Positions 9,823 through 20,263 of a stretch of 64,000 bases of DNA are shown here, one piece after another. The first letter of the stretch is position 1; every line of letters begins with the position of its first letter. The notes under the pieces are model-generated. The model saw nothing but the letters and a program-made list of their open reading frames with translations. It was not told the origin of the DNA and did not search any database. The DNA comes from a virus, in IMG/VR virus record IMGVR_UViG_3300027708_000030, positions 1-64,000 of that record; one strand, 5' to 3'. The translations under genes and the position numbers were made by a program.

Positions 9823-10854
9823 ATGTTATACATTGATGCAAAGTATGCCCAAATACTTGGGTCTCGCTTGCGAAACTTCAAACAAAAGAAAGATTATCTC
9901 TGGAACTATTCATGTCCAGTTTGTGGGGATAGCACATCCAATAAATTAAAAGCACGTGGTTACATCTATCGTGCAAAGGCAGATCTATTTGTGAAGTGTC
10001 ACAACTGTGGTTACGGCACGAACATCGGTAATCTAATTAAGTATGTTGATACAAAGTTGTATGATGAGTATGTGCTTGAACGATATAAGTCTGGTGCAAC
10101 AAGATACAATGACCACAAAGATATCTCTGAAACTCAAGTAGTTCTTGAGACAGAACCAGAAAATTTACTTGAAGATGATATTCTCTCATCTCTCTCAAGA
10201 CTAGATAAACTACCACTGACACATCCTGCTGTTCAGTATGTAGTTAAAAGAAAGATTCCGAAGGACAAATGGAGTCTCCTGTACTTTGCTCCAAAGTTTA
10301 AGGCATACACTAACTCAGTGACTGCCAAATTCCAAGAGCCAATACAAGACGAACATCCAAGGATGATTATTCCATTTTTTACTAATGCTGGTAAGTGTTT
10401 TGCTTATCAGGCTAGAGCGTATGGAAATGAAGAGCCTAAGTATTATACCATCAAGGTGGATGAGACTCAGGAAAAGATTTATGGACTTGAAAGGATTGAT
10501 TATGCTAAAAGAATACTTGTGGTCGAAGGACCAATTGACTCGCTTTTTCTACCAAATGCAGTGGCTGTTTCAGGAGCAAGTTTTGATACCCCTACTATTA
10601 GGAGTATTCTTGCTAATGCAACGATTGTAATGGACAATGAACCAAGAAATAAAGACATTGTCAAACAGTTAGAGAAGTATATCAATCTAGGTTATTCTGT
10701 CTGTATGTTTCCAGAACACATAGAACAGAAAGATGTGAATGAAATGATTTTACATGGCGGAATGACTGCCGATGAAATTACCGATGTCATAAATACAAAC
10801 ACCTACTTTGGTATGGAAGCAAAATTGAAATTTGGTACATGGAAGAAAATATGA
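9823..10854 (+). CDS. gp61: DNA primase (T4 gp61-like)
   Basis: Zn finger CPVCGDS...CHNCG; TOPRIM VVEGPIDSLF and MDNEPRN. Confidence 0.95.
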   Translation: MLYIDAKYAQILGSRLRNFKQKKDYLWNYSCPVCGDSTSNKLKARGYIYRAKADLFVKCHNCGYGTNIGNLIKYVDTKLYDEYVLERYKSGATRYNDHKDISETQVVLETEPENLLEDDILSSLSRLDKLPLTHPAVQYVVKRKIPKDKWSLLYFAPKFKAYTNSVTAKFQEPIQDEHPRMIIPFFTNAGKCFAYQARAYGNEEPKYYTIKVDETQEKIYGLERIDYAKRILVVEGPIDSLFLPNAVAVSGASFDTPTIRSILANATIVMDNEPRNKDIVKQLEKYINLGYSVCMFPEHIEQKDVNEMILHGGMTADEITDVINTNTYFGMEAKLKFGTWKKI

Positions 10855-11519
10855 ATGTCAGGATGATTAGTTATAGCAAACCCGATGAGAAAATGTTCCA
10901 AGAAGGTTTAGTAGATGTACAGGAGTTAGTTGCATTCTGTGCAAGAGTGAGTAATCCCAACAACCAACTCAACACAGAGACATCAGAGAAGTTAATTAAG
11001 TATCTCATCAAACATCAGCATTGGTCACCACTAGAAATGGTCAGTGCTTGTTTAGAAATTGAAACTACTCGTGATATAGCAAGACAAATCTTGCGTCACC
11101 GCTCTTTCTCGTTCCAAGAATTTAGCCAGCGATATGCTGATCCAACAAAAGACTTATCTTTCGTTCTAAGGGAAGCCCGACTCCAAGATACGAAGAATCG
11201 TCAAAATAGTGTTGAGAATACAAATCTAGCATTGGCAACATGGTGGGAAGAAAGACAAAAGCGAGTGATAAGAGAAGCTGAAGAAGCGTATGCTTGGGCA
11301 ATCGAAAATGGTATTGCCAAAGAGCAAGCAAGAGCAGTACTCCCAGAAGGACTAACTGTTTCTCGTTTATACATGAATGGTACACTAAGATCGTGGATCC
11401 ACTTCATTGAATTACGATCGGCAAATGGTACACAAAAGGAACACCAAGAAGTCGCACGACAATGCGCAAAGGTTATTGCTGAGGTATTCCCTCTAGCAAA
11501 TGAATTAGTAAAACTATAA
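10851..11519 (+). CDS. thyX: flavin-dependent thymidylate synthase
   Basis: RHRSFSFQEFSQRY ThyX motif; HWSPLE; KEQARAVLP. Confidence 0.97.
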   Translation: MNVRMISYSKPDEKMFQEGLVDVQELVAFCARVSNPNNQLNTETSEKLIKYLIKHQHWSPLEMVSACLEIETTRDIARQILRHRSFSFQEFSQRYADPTKDLSFVLREARLQDTKNRQNSVENTNLALATWWEERQKRVIREAEEAYAWAIENGIAKEQARAVLPEGLTVSRLYMNGTLRSWIHFIELRSANGTQKEHQEVARQCAKVIAEVFPLANELVKL

Positions 11520-11536
11520 TAATATTGGGGCAATAA

Positions 11537-13330
11537 ATGGAAATTGTGCATGGCATAAAGGTTGACTACAACCGAGATAGTTTGTTTGACGAATTAGGTA
11601 GAATTAGATTAAAAGAAAGTTATATGAAGGATGACGAGGTAAGCCCACAAGAGAGGTTTGCTTTTGTCTCAAATAAATTTGGGAGCAATCCAGAACATGC
11701 GCAAAGGTTATACGAATACAGCAGCAAACATTGGTTGTCTTATTCTACTCCCATTTTATCTTTTGGTCGTAGTAAGCGTGGTTTGCCTATATCATGTTTC
11801 CTTAATTATATCGAAGATACTGCGGAGGGTTTAGTTGATAATCTATCAGAAACTAATTGGTTGTCTATGCTTGGCGGTGGTGTTGGCATCGGTTTTGGTA
11901 TTCGTTCAGCAGACGATAAATCTACAGGTGTCATGCCTCACCTCAAAATGTATGACGCAAGTTCTTTGGCATACAGGCAAGGTCGTACTCGCAGGGGCAG
12001 TTATGCTGCTTATCTGTCTATTGATCATCCAGATATCATCAACTTTCTAGAGATGCGCAAGCCGACAGGCGATCAAAACATGCGTACTCTAAACATGCAT
12101 CATGGGATTAACATTCCAGATGCATTTATGGAAATCATTGAACAGAGTATGATTGATCCAGACTTCGATGACTCTTGGAAATTAGTGGATCCTGCTTCCA
12201 ATGAAGTTCGTGAAACTGTATCAGCAAAAGAATTATGGCAACGCATTCTTGAGATGCGTATGATGACAGGTGAACCATATCTACATTTTATTGACGAATC
12301 AAATCGACAAATGCCACAATGGTTAAAAGATCTTGGGTTAAAGATTAATCAATCTAATCTTTGCTCTGAGATTATTCTACCAACAAATGAGAAACGCACA
12401 GCAGTATGTTGTTTGTCATCTTTGAACTTGGAGTATTATGATGATTGGAAAGATGAACCGCAGTTCCTACGTGATGTTGCTGAAATGCTTGACAATGTTC
12501 TGCAGTATTTTATTGATCATGCTCCTTCCTCAATTAAGCGTGCAAAGTACTCAGCAACTCGTGAAAGAAGTATCGGCATTGGTGCGTTAGGTTGGCATGC
12601 ATATCTACAGAAGAATAATCTTCCATGGGAATCATCATTGGCAGTTGGTAGAAATAAAAACATCTTTAAAACTATAAGAGAGAAATTAGATGTCGCTAAT
12701 AAAGAACTGGGATTGGAACGTGGTGAAGCACCTGACGCAGTGGGTACTGGGAATAGGTTTAGTCATCTTATGGCTATTGCTCCCAATGCTTCTTCTTCCA
12801 TTCTCATGGGCAATACTAGTCCTTCTATTGAACCTTTGCGTGCCAATGCTTATCGCCAAGATACTTTATCGGGTTCTCACTTAAATAAAAATAAGTATCT
12901 TGATAAGGTCGTTACTGATTATGTTAATTCAAACCCTAAGGCAGATGCCCAAGAAATATGGAGTTCGATTATTGCGAATGATGGTTCAGTTCAGCACTTG
13001 GATTGGTTGGGAGACTGGGAGAAAGACGTCTTCAAGACTTCTATGGAAATTGACCAGCGTTGGGTCATTCAACACGCTTCCGACAGGCAACAATATATTG
13101 ATCAAGCACAATCGTTAAATGTATTCTTTAGACCAGACAGTCACATCAAGTATATTCATGCTGTGCATTTCCAAGCATGGAAGTCTGGATTGAAGACTAT
13201 GTACTACTGCCGTAGTGATAAGATCGCAAAAGCAGATAAGGTGTCAAAGAGAATTGAACGAGATATTATTAAAGAAATTAACTTACACGATCTAGCCGAA
13301 GGTAACGAATGTTTGGCTTGCGAGGGATAA
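11537..13330 (+). CDS. nrdA: ribonucleotide reductase class Ia alpha subunit
   Basis: ISCFL, SNLCSEI, APNASSS, C-terminal CLACEG; no ATP cone or intein visible. Confidence 0.97.
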   Translation: MEIVHGIKVDYNRDSLFDELGRIRLKESYMKDDEVSPQERFAFVSNKFGSNPEHAQRLYEYSSKHWLSYSTPILSFGRSKRGLPISCFLNYIEDTAEGLVDNLSETNWLSMLGGGVGIGFGIRSADDKSTGVMPHLKMYDASSLAYRQGRTRRGSYAAYLSIDHPDIINFLEMRKPTGDQNMRTLNMHHGINIPDAFMEIIEQSMIDPDFDDSWKLVDPASNEVRETVSAKELWQRILEMRMMTGEPYLHFIDESNRQMPQWLKDLGLKINQSNLCSEIILPTNEKRTAVCCLSSLNLEYYDDWKDEPQFLRDVAEMLDNVLQYFIDHAPSSIKRAKYSATRERSIGIGALGWHAYLQKNNLPWESSLAVGRNKNIFKTIREKLDVANKELGLERGEAPDAVGTGNRFSHLMAIAPNASSSILMGNTSPSIEPLRANAYRQDTLSGSHLNKNKYLDKVVTDYVNSNPKADAQEIWSSIIANDGSVQHLDWLGDWEKDVFKTSMEIDQRWVIQHASDRQQYIDQAQSLNVFFRPDSHIKYIHAVHFQAWKSGLKTMYYCRSDKIAKADKVSKRIERDIIKEINLHDLAEGNECLACEG

Positions 13331-13331
13331 A

Positions 13332-14324
13332 ATGATTACAAAAACAAAAACAAGATTAACGGATACAAGAGATTCATTTAAACCTTTTAACTATCCATGG
13401 GCATATGATGCTTGGTTGAAACATGAACAAGCACACTGGCTGCACTCAGAAGTACCAATGGCTGAGGATGTTAAAGACTGGAAAAAGAAATTAACAAATG
13501 AAGAAAAAACCTTTCTTACGAACATCTTCCGATTCTTCACTCAAGGAGACATTGATGTTGCTGGTGGTTATGTTAATAATTATCTGCCTCATTTCCCTCA
13601 ACCTGAAGTAAGAATGATGTTAATGGGTTTTGCTGCTCGTGAAGCATTACACATTGCTGCATACTCTCACCTAATCGAAACACTGGGATTACCAGAATCT
13701 ACTTACAACCAATTCCTTGAATATCAAGAGATGAAAGATAAGCATGACTATGTACTTGAACTTTCTAGTCGCAATGGTACTATCGCTAGTACTGCTGAGC
13801 ACATTGCTGTTTTCAGTGCCTTTACTGAAGGCATGCAGTTGTTTAGTTCTTTTATCATGTTGCTTAATTTTCCTCGCCAAGGCATGATGAAGGGTATGGG
13901 TCAAATTGTTACTTGGTCTATTGCCGATGAAACAATCCATGCTGAGTCTATGATTAAGTTGTTCCGTGAGTATATCAAAGAAAATCCTGAGATCTGGAAT
14001 GACGAATTAAAGGGTAAGATATATACAATCGCTGAGAAAATGGTAGAGTTAGAAGACAAGTTTATTGATCTTTGCTATCAAGGTGCAGACATGCGTGAAC
14101 TATCTGCAGAAGATGTTAAGAAATATATTCGTTACATTGCAGATCGTCGTCTAATCTCTCTTGGCATGAAAGGTATCTTTAAAGTTAAAAAGAATCCACT
14201 TCCATGGGTCGAAGAAATGATCAATGCACCAGTACACGGAAACTTCTTTGAGAATCGTGTTACTGATTATGCTAAAGGTGCATTGTCTGGCACATGGGGT
14301 GATGTATGGGGTAAAGCAGCGTGA
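13332..14324 (+). CDS. nrdB: ribonucleotide reductase class Ia beta subunit
   Basis: FFTQGD, EALHIAAYS, EGMQLFSSF, DETIH, NFFENRVTDY. Confidence 0.97.
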   Translation: MITKTKTRLTDTRDSFKPFNYPWAYDAWLKHEQAHWLHSEVPMAEDVKDWKKKLTNEEKTFLTNIFRFFTQGDIDVAGGYVNNYLPHFPQPEVRMMLMGFAAREALHIAAYSHLIETLGLPESTYNQFLEYQEMKDKHDYVLELSSRNGTIASTAEHIAVFSAFTEGMQLFSSFIMLLNFPRQGMMKGMGQIVTWSIADETIHAESMIKLFREYIKENPEIWNDELKGKIYTIAEKMVELEDKFIDLCYQGADMRELSAEDVKKYIRYIADRRLISLGMKGIFKVKKNPLPWVEEMINAPVHGNFFENRVTDYAKGALSGTWGDVWGKAA

Positions 14325-15025
14325 TAGAGTTAATCTATCTGTTGGCTATGACTCACATTACCATTGTGTGCGTCACTTTATATCTTCATAGAGGACAGAC
14401 ACACAGAGGAATAACTTTTCATCCAGTTGTTGCACACTTCATGCGTTTCTGGTTATGGCTTACTACTGGTATGGTAACTAAACAGTGGGTAGCTATTCAT
14501 CGTAAACACCATCAGAATTCTGATAAAGAAGGTGATCCGCACACACCTCATGTGTATGGTATTTGGAGAGTGGTCTTCGGTGGTGCTTTACTTTACCATG
14601 ATGCCAGTAAAAATAAAGAGATGATTGCTCAATACGGAGTTGGAACTCCAGATGATTGGATGGAAAATAACATTTACTCTAAACATAGCAGAGCAGGTAT
14701 TATGCTAATGTTAGCCATCAATATTATTTTGTTTGGTTGGATTGGTCTGCTTCTATGGGGTATTCAGATGATTTGGATTCCATTCTGGGCAGCAGGTATT
14801 GTCAATGGTGTTGGTCATTGGTTTGGTTATCGTAACACGGACACCAAAGATCGTTCAAAGAACATATCAATGTTCGGAATCATTATTGGTGGTGAAGAAC
14901 TACACAATAATCACCACGCTGAACCAGCAAACCCTAAATTAAGTAGAAAATGGTTTGAATTTGATATTGGATGGATGTGGTTTAAGATACTACAAAAACT
15001 AAAACTAGCCGAGACTAAACAATGA
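14321..15025 (+). CDS. membrane fatty-acid desaturase (delta-9/DesA-like)
   Basis: Three His boxes: HRGQTH, HRKHH, HNNHH (GGEELHNNHH). Confidence 0.9.
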   Translation: MIELIYLLAMTHITIVCVTLYLHRGQTHRGITFHPVVAHFMRFWLWLTTGMVTKQWVAIHRKHHQNSDKEGDPHTPHVYGIWRVVFGGALLYHDASKNKEMIAQYGVGTPDDWMENNIYSKHSRAGIMLMLAINIILFGWIGLLLWGIQMIWIPFWAAGIVNGVGHWFGYRNTDTKDRSKNISMFGIIIGGEELHNNHHAEPANPKLSRKWFEFDIGWMWFKILQKLKLAETKQ

Positions 15026-15168
15026 CAACTAAGATTTTTGAATGTAATGAATGTCAGGCAAGAGGTAAGATTATACTCAAGTCAGAAGAACGATTGGAAG
15101 ACATCGTTTACTGCCCTATTTGCTCTGCTGACATTTACGAAGAAGACGACTACGAAGAGGAAGAATAA
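15022..15168 (+). CDS. small zinc-ribbon protein (not in ORF track)
   Basis: MTTKIFECNECQARGK...YCPICSADIYEEDDYEEEE*; two CxxC; ATGA overlap. Confidence 0.75.
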   Translation: MTTKIFECNECQARGKIILKSEERLEDIVYCPICSADIYEEDDYEEEE

Positions 15169-15196
15169 ATAGTAGTTTATACTACTGATTATTCTA

Positions 15197-15622
15197 ATGT
15201 GGCTTTATAATAACGAAATTATTGAGGAACTACCTGATGATTGTGTTGGCTTTGTTTATTTAATTACGAACAAAGCCAGTAGTCGTATGTATGTGGGTAA
15301 GAAGTTATCCAAATTTGCCAAAACTACATACAAAATAGTAAAGCAGAAAAACGGAATTAAAAAACGAAAGAAGATTCGTAGCAAAATAGACTCTGATTGG
15401 ATGGAGTACTATGGTTCGAGTATAGAACTAAATAAAGATGTAGAGTCTCTCGGAAAGGACAACTTCCTTCGTGAGATTCTTTTCTTTTGTAAATCCAAAG
15501 CTGAATGTTCTTACATAGAAGCACGAGAACAGTTTGCACGAAAGGTGTTAGAGTCAGACGACTACTACAATGGACAGATTTCTGTCCGAGTCCATGGCTC
15601 TCATATTAAAAACAAACTATGA
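15197..15622 (+). CDS. GIY-YIG family endonuclease
   Basis: GFVYLITNKASSRMYVGKK...YYGSS...FLREIL. Confidence 0.85.
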   Translation: MWLYNNEIIEELPDDCVGFVYLITNKASSRMYVGKKLSKFAKTTYKIVKQKNGIKKRKKIRSKIDSDWMEYYGSSIELNKDVESLGKDNFLREILFFCKSKAECSYIEAREQFARKVLESDDYYNGQISVRVHGSHIKNKL

Positions 15623-16863
15623 CATACTTACTCTTTACAGTTGCACTATCGTTGTCGGCTCTCGCTGCATATTACGCAGTGATGGGGCTCATCGCAATTT
15701 TTGCTGCAGCTGTTGTACCGATTGCTCTTATGGGTTCTTTGCTTGAAGCATCGAAACTTGTAGTTGCATCTTGGCTCTATCGAAATTGGAAAGAAATTCC
15801 AAAATTGATGAAGTCATACTTTGTAGTTGCCTTGATTGTGTTAATGATGTTAACATCTATGGGCATTTTCGGATTCTTATCAAAGGCACATTTAGATCAA
15901 GCAATACCTTCGGGAGATGTTCAATCTAAGTTGTCATTACTTGATGAGAAGATTAAAACAGAAAAGGAAAATATCAATGCAAGTCGTAAAGAACTTACTC
16001 AACTCGATGCTCAAGTGGATCAAACCATCGCAAGAACAGACGATGCCAAAGGAACAGACAGAGCCATCTCCATCCGTAGAGGTCAGCAAAAAGATAGAAC
16101 CAGAATCCTCAACGAAATCGGTACAGCGCAAGCCAAGATCGCCAAGTACAACGAAGAGCGTGCGCCAATCGCCAGCGAAGTCCGTAAAGTCGAAGCAGAA
16201 GTAGGACCAATCAAGTACATTGCTGCATTGATATATGGTGACGAAAGTTCAAATGATACGAATATGCTTGAGAAAGCAGTTCGTATCGTCACCATACTCA
16301 TTGTTATTGTATTTGATCCATTGGCAGTACTATTACTAATTGCCGCAAACTGGAATCTTAAACATACTGGTACAAGAAGATGGAATGAATTCTTTGAGAA
16401 ACCACCTACAGTAGACTTTCCAGAAAAGACTAAAGAAGTTGAAGCCGATATGCCTATCGAAGAAGCAACTACAACTCCTGTTTTTGATCATATGACACAA
16501 CATTTGTCAAAAGAAACACCTGACAAATGGGATGAGTCAGAAATTATTGAAGAACACGAAACAACTGTTGTTCCAGAAGAAATCAAAAAAGAAGTAAACG
16601 AGTTATTAGAATCTGAGATTCCAGAAATCGAAATTGATGAGCCAACAAAAGATTGGGAACCAGAATTATATAAAAGAGTTGAGAAGAAAATTGAGTATGA
16701 TTCAGCTGGTAGAAGAATCACACCATCAGTAGAAGAAGAATTAAACCCTCCAACGAAAACACAATCATTCTTGAATAAAGTCCAGAGTGTGTTTTCTTCA
16801 CCTAGTACAAAGTCAGCCATTGAAAAAGATGTTGAGAAGTTGCAAGACAAAAATCCTAAATAG
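15619..16863 (+). CDS. multi-TM coiled-coil membrane protein
   Basis: Three N-terminal TMs, coiled coil, IVIVFDPLAVLLL TM, acidic tail. Confidence 0.75.
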   Translation: MTYLLFTVALSLSALAAYYAVMGLIAIFAAAVVPIALMGSLLEASKLVVASWLYRNWKEIPKLMKSYFVVALIVLMMLTSMGIFGFLSKAHLDQAIPSGDVQSKLSLLDEKIKTEKENINASRKELTQLDAQVDQTIARTDDAKGTDRAISIRRGQQKDRTRILNEIGTAQAKIAKYNEERAPIASEVRKVEAEVGPIKYIAALIYGDESSNDTNMLEKAVRIVTILIVIVFDPLAVLLLIAANWNLKHTGTRRWNEFFEKPPTVDFPEKTKEVEADMPIEEATTTPVFDHMTQHLSKETPDKWDESEIIEEHETTVVPEEIKKEVNELLESEIPEIEIDEPTKDWEPELYKRVEKKIEYDSAGRRITPSVEEELNPPTKTQSFLNKVQSVFSSPSTKSAIEKDVEKLQDKNPK

Positions 16864-16913
16864 TAGATAATACTAATAAGGAACTACAAGTTCCATGGTT
16901 TTAGGAGAATATA

Positions 16914-17684
16914 GTGGATCCCCTAACTCTCTTTGCATTAGCCAATGGAGCAGTTTCTGCGATCAAAGCTGGATGTAAATTATACAAAGATATCAAAGGT
17001 GCAGCTGGAGATGTAAGGGATGTGCTCAAAGATTTGGATGCACAGTTCCATGGTATGTATGAAGAAAAGGGAAAGACACCACCACCTGCAGCAGTCAAAC
17101 AACTTAATGAAGAAAAAGCCAGAATAAAAGAATTAAACAAGAAAGACTCAGGCGATGTTTATTTTGAGTTAGGTCAACATCTTGGTGCTTTCTTTGATAA
17201 TCAAGCAAAATGTATAGCAGTATTTGAAGCAGAAGAACGTAGGTCTTATCAAGTATACAGTGGTGAATCTTCTGTAGGTGCTCGTGCCCTGCAAAGAATA
17301 TTGATGAAAAAGAAACTTGAGCAGATGGAAGTTGAACTGCGTGAAGTAATGGTATATCAAAGTCCACCTGAGTTGGGTGCACTTTGGACAGAAGTATTAG
17401 AAACTTCTAAAATATTAAATGCAAGACAATCAGTTGCGCTAAAGAAACAGATTGAACTACAACATAAACATGATATTGAGCATGCTAAATTTATAAACAA
17501 AGTTCATGTTGCGTTAAGATGGTTTGGTAGTTTTATAGCAATTATTGGTGTTACATTTATTATTTTATGGTTCGTAGTGCAAGATAGAATAGAAAAATAT
17601 CCACAACTAGGAACTGATTGGGTTCCTAAAACGGACAAACAAAGAAGACAAGAAGCCATGCCCAAACACTACGTAGGAAGATAG
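16914..17684 (+). CDS. hypothetical membrane-anchored protein
   Basis: SD AGGAG, GTG start, C-terminal TM; late promoter CTAAATA near 16856. Confidence 0.7.
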   Translation: MDPLTLFALANGAVSAIKAGCKLYKDIKGAAGDVRDVLKDLDAQFHGMYEEKGKTPPPAAVKQLNEEKARIKELNKKDSGDVYFELGQHLGAFFDNQAKCIAVFEAEERRSYQVYSGESSVGARALQRILMKKKLEQMEVELREVMVYQSPPELGALWTEVLETSKILNARQSVALKKQIELQHKHDIEHAKFINKVHVALRWFGSFIAIIGVTFIILWFVVQDRIEKYPQLGTDWVPKTDKQRRQEAMPKHYVGR

Positions 17685-17726
17685 CAGAGCAGTAAGTCTA
17701 ATAATAAAAATAAAAGGAAGACTGAA

Positions 17727-18104
17727 ATGGAATTAGAACAAATCAAAGACAAGTTAAGTGCTGGCGAAGCCAAAGGTGCGCTGATTGAAAAGGTAACATT
17801 TGCAGTATTGCCCATCATGTTTGCCTGTGTGGTGTACTTGATGAATGCGCTGAGTCATGTTAATACACAGTTGACCATTCTTGAAAGCAAGATGCAGTTG
17901 GTGGTGACATCGGACAACAAACAAGCACCAAACATGGGTGCTGAACTGGCTCGTGAAAAACTGCGCCAAGACTTTATGCAAGCCAACACAGAAGCACTAT
18001 CAAGAAGCGGTGCCAACAAAGCAGTACTGGACACATTAGTATGGCGTGTGCAAGAGTTGGAAAAGTACAAAGAGAAACAAAGTAACAATGGTGGGAAGAA
18101 GTAA
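17727..18104 (+). CDS. hypothetical membrane protein
   Basis: One TM plus coiled coil; SD AAGGA. Confidence 0.65.
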   Translation: MELEQIKDKLSAGEAKGALIEKVTFAVLPIMFACVVYLMNALSHVNTQLTILESKMQLVVTSDNKQAPNMGAELAREKLRQDFMQANTEALSRSGANKAVLDTLVWRVQELEKYKEKQSNNGGKK

Positions 18105-18108
18105 GTAA

Positions 18109-18540
18109 ATGCTCGATGGAGTTAAGACTGCTTCAACTACGCTAAAAGAAGCGCAGAAAATAGGTAAAGAACTTGGTTCTGTTGTTTCCGATCAACAAGC
18201 TGATATGGAAGCAACAATACAGAAAGAGCACAAGGCTCGTGTTACAGCAAAGTTATCTGAAGCTGCTCGCAAAGCATCACTAGAAGTTAAAGCAGTTGAG
18301 AAATTTGAATCTAAGTATAAACATGAACAAGAACTTGCTAAATTAAAAGCTGACACGATTCGTAAGTACGGGAAAGATGCTTGGGTTAAAGTTGAAGCAG
18401 AAAAGGCTCTTATTGAAAAAGAGCGACAAGCAGAATTAACTGCTATGGATATTGATCGACATAAACAACTTGATGTTCTTTGTTGGTGTATGACTGTAGC
18501 AGCATTAATAACCTATTTTTTAAAATTGTATAAAATATGA
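18109..18540 (+). CDS. hypothetical protein with C-terminal TM
   Basis: Helical ORF with a C-terminal hydrophobic segment. Confidence 0.65.
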   Translation: MLDGVKTASTTLKEAQKIGKELGSVVSDQQADMEATIQKEHKARVTAKLSEAARKASLEVKAVEKFESKYKHEQELAKLKADTIRKYGKDAWVKVEAEKALIEKERQAELTAMDIDRHKQLDVLCWCMTVAALITYFLKLYKI

Positions 18541-18634
18541 GACTAGCGCAATTCGTTTTAATTATAACTCTTGTAGTTACTACATTTTTAATATGGTTAG
18601 AACACCAAGTTAAGATGATACACTAAAGAATAAT

Positions 18635-18910
18635 ATGAAAACAATAGGATTATTACTGCTTAGTTTTTCAATGTACGCAAATGCTCAAGCATTTAAATAT
18701 AACTATGAAATCACATGTGGTCCAGTCATGCCAATAATACAATTTCTTTCTGAGACTCAACAAGAAAAATTAACATGGACAGGTTTAGATATATCAGATG
18801 GTTCAGTATATTCTTTGTGGGAAGACAAAGAAGGTAATTGGACACTACTTAAGAAAAATTCACAAATTGCTTGTATCATAGGTTCTGGCACAAAAACAAA
18901 GGTTATATGA
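18635..18910 (+). CDS. hypothetical secreted protein
   Basis: Signal peptide (ANA/QA) and paired Cys. Confidence 0.6.
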   Translation: MKTIGLLLLSFSMYANAQAFKYNYEITCGPVMPIIQFLSETQQEKLTWTGLDISDGSVYSLWEDKEGNWTLLKKNSQIACIIGSGTKTKVI

Positions 18911-19668
18911 AAAAACTCTTACTATTACTACTATGTTCTTTAAATTTTAGTTTATTAGCGAATCCGATTGATGCATCTTGCCCTCAACACGTAGTTTGGG
19001 GTGCTCCACAGGTAGCAGTTGAGGGTAATAACCAGTACCTATGTCGTACTGGTTATGCCGTTAATTACAACTACCAGACCAAAGTTGCGTATTTCGTAGC
19101 TGAAGTTATCAAACCAGAATTGCTAGTGACTAAGGCAGTTTCTCGTAAAGATGACTTCCGTGAAGATCAAGAGATACCAGCACAATTCCGTGTAACATTA
19201 AAAGAGTATGTAGGTTCAGGACTGGATCGTGGTCACATGGCACCTGCAGCAAACTTTACTTATGATGCAAATGTTATGAGTGAGAGTTTTTTGCTCTCAA
19301 ACATGATGCCACAAAGTCCAGGAAACAATCGTGGGATTTGGAAGTATCTAGAAGAGAATACTCGCTATTGGGCATCCAAGTATGGTCACTTAAATGTAAT
19401 TACAGGTACGATTTTTGATGTCAATTCTCAAACAATGGGTAATGGTACAAAAGTTCCATCATTCATTTATAAGATTGTTATTGATCCAAGACGCAATGCA
19501 GCAATTGCGTTTGTGTTTCCGAATGCTAAGTTAGATCCAAAAGAAATAGAAAACTATGTTGTACCTATTTCAGACATAGAAAAATATACTGGAATAAACT
19601 TCTCTCCTATGATTCCAGCAAACTTAAAATCATTAGAAACAACTAAAGGTAACTATAAGGATTGGTAA
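18907..19668 (+). CDS. secreted DNA/RNA non-specific endonuclease (NucA/Serratia type)
   Basis: DRGHMAPAA active site, SNMMPQ, NRGIWKYLE; N-terminal signal peptide. Confidence 0.92.
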   Translation: MKKLLLLLLCSLNFSLLANPIDASCPQHVVWGAPQVAVEGNNQYLCRTGYAVNYNYQTKVAYFVAEVIKPELLVTKAVSRKDDFREDQEIPAQFRVTLKEYVGSGLDRGHMAPAANFTYDANVMSESFLLSNMMPQSPGNNRGIWKYLEENTRYWASKYGHLNVITGTIFDVNSQTMGNGTKVPSFIYKIVIDPRRNAAIAFVFPNAKLDPKEIENYVVPISDIEKYTGINFSPMIPANLKSLETTKGNYKDW

Positions 19669-19669
19669 G

Positions 19670-20254
19670 ATGGCACTCATAGATTCAGTATTAAACATGG
19701 TCAGCAGGACACCAAAAGATCCTGACGCACCAAAGCCACCAGCTGGTTCTCGTTCAGAGCGTGAAGCAAAGATCAAAGACAAAGCAGGTATGGTCATCAA
19801 TGTGTTTGCATTGCTATTGGCAGTGAATGCATATTTCGGTGGAACATACTCAAGCACTATTCTTGGTAACACTATCAAGGCAGGTAGCGAGTGGAGTTTC
19901 TATCAAGCGAAGAGCATCAAGAAAACTGCAGCAGAGTATGCATTACATGATGCAGTTAAATCTGGTGATACAAAGTATGCAGAAGAATTGAAAAAGAAAA
20001 TTGATCGTTATGAAAACGAACCAAAAGACGGCATGAAGGATATTCGTGCTCGTGCTGAGAAGTTAGAAGCAGACAGAGACGCTGCAAAACTTCGTAGTCC
20101 ATGGATGAGTTATGCTTCAACTGCATACCAGTTAGCAATCGTATTACTATCAGCATCTATCCTTGCTGTTAGCATGCCGTTGTTTTGGGGTAGTTTTGGT
20201 GTATGCGCCATTGGTATTGTATTAATGTCACAGGGCTTATTGCTCTGGTTCTAG
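19670..20254 (+). CDS. DUF4337-like membrane protein
   Basis: WSFYQAKSIK motif flanked by TMs; QLAIVLLSASIL. Confidence 0.7.
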   Translation: MALIDSVLNMVSRTPKDPDAPKPPAGSRSEREAKIKDKAGMVINVFALLLAVNAYFGGTYSSTILGNTIKAGSEWSFYQAKSIKKTAAEYALHDAVKSGDTKYAEELKKKIDRYENEPKDGMKDIRARAEKLEADRDAAKLRSPWMSYASTAYQLAIVLLSASILAVSMPLFWGSFGVCAIGIVLMSQGLLLWF

Positions 20255-20263
20255 GAGAAAAAG

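Noticed and set aside
10851-14324. Introns or inteins in thyX/nrdA/nrdB
   Set aside because: The ORFs are continuous and of normal compact length.
15197-15622. Mobile homing endonuclease element
   Set aside because: Catalytic GIY-YIG domain only, with no DNA-binding tail or intron context. It looks like the conserved stand-alone family.
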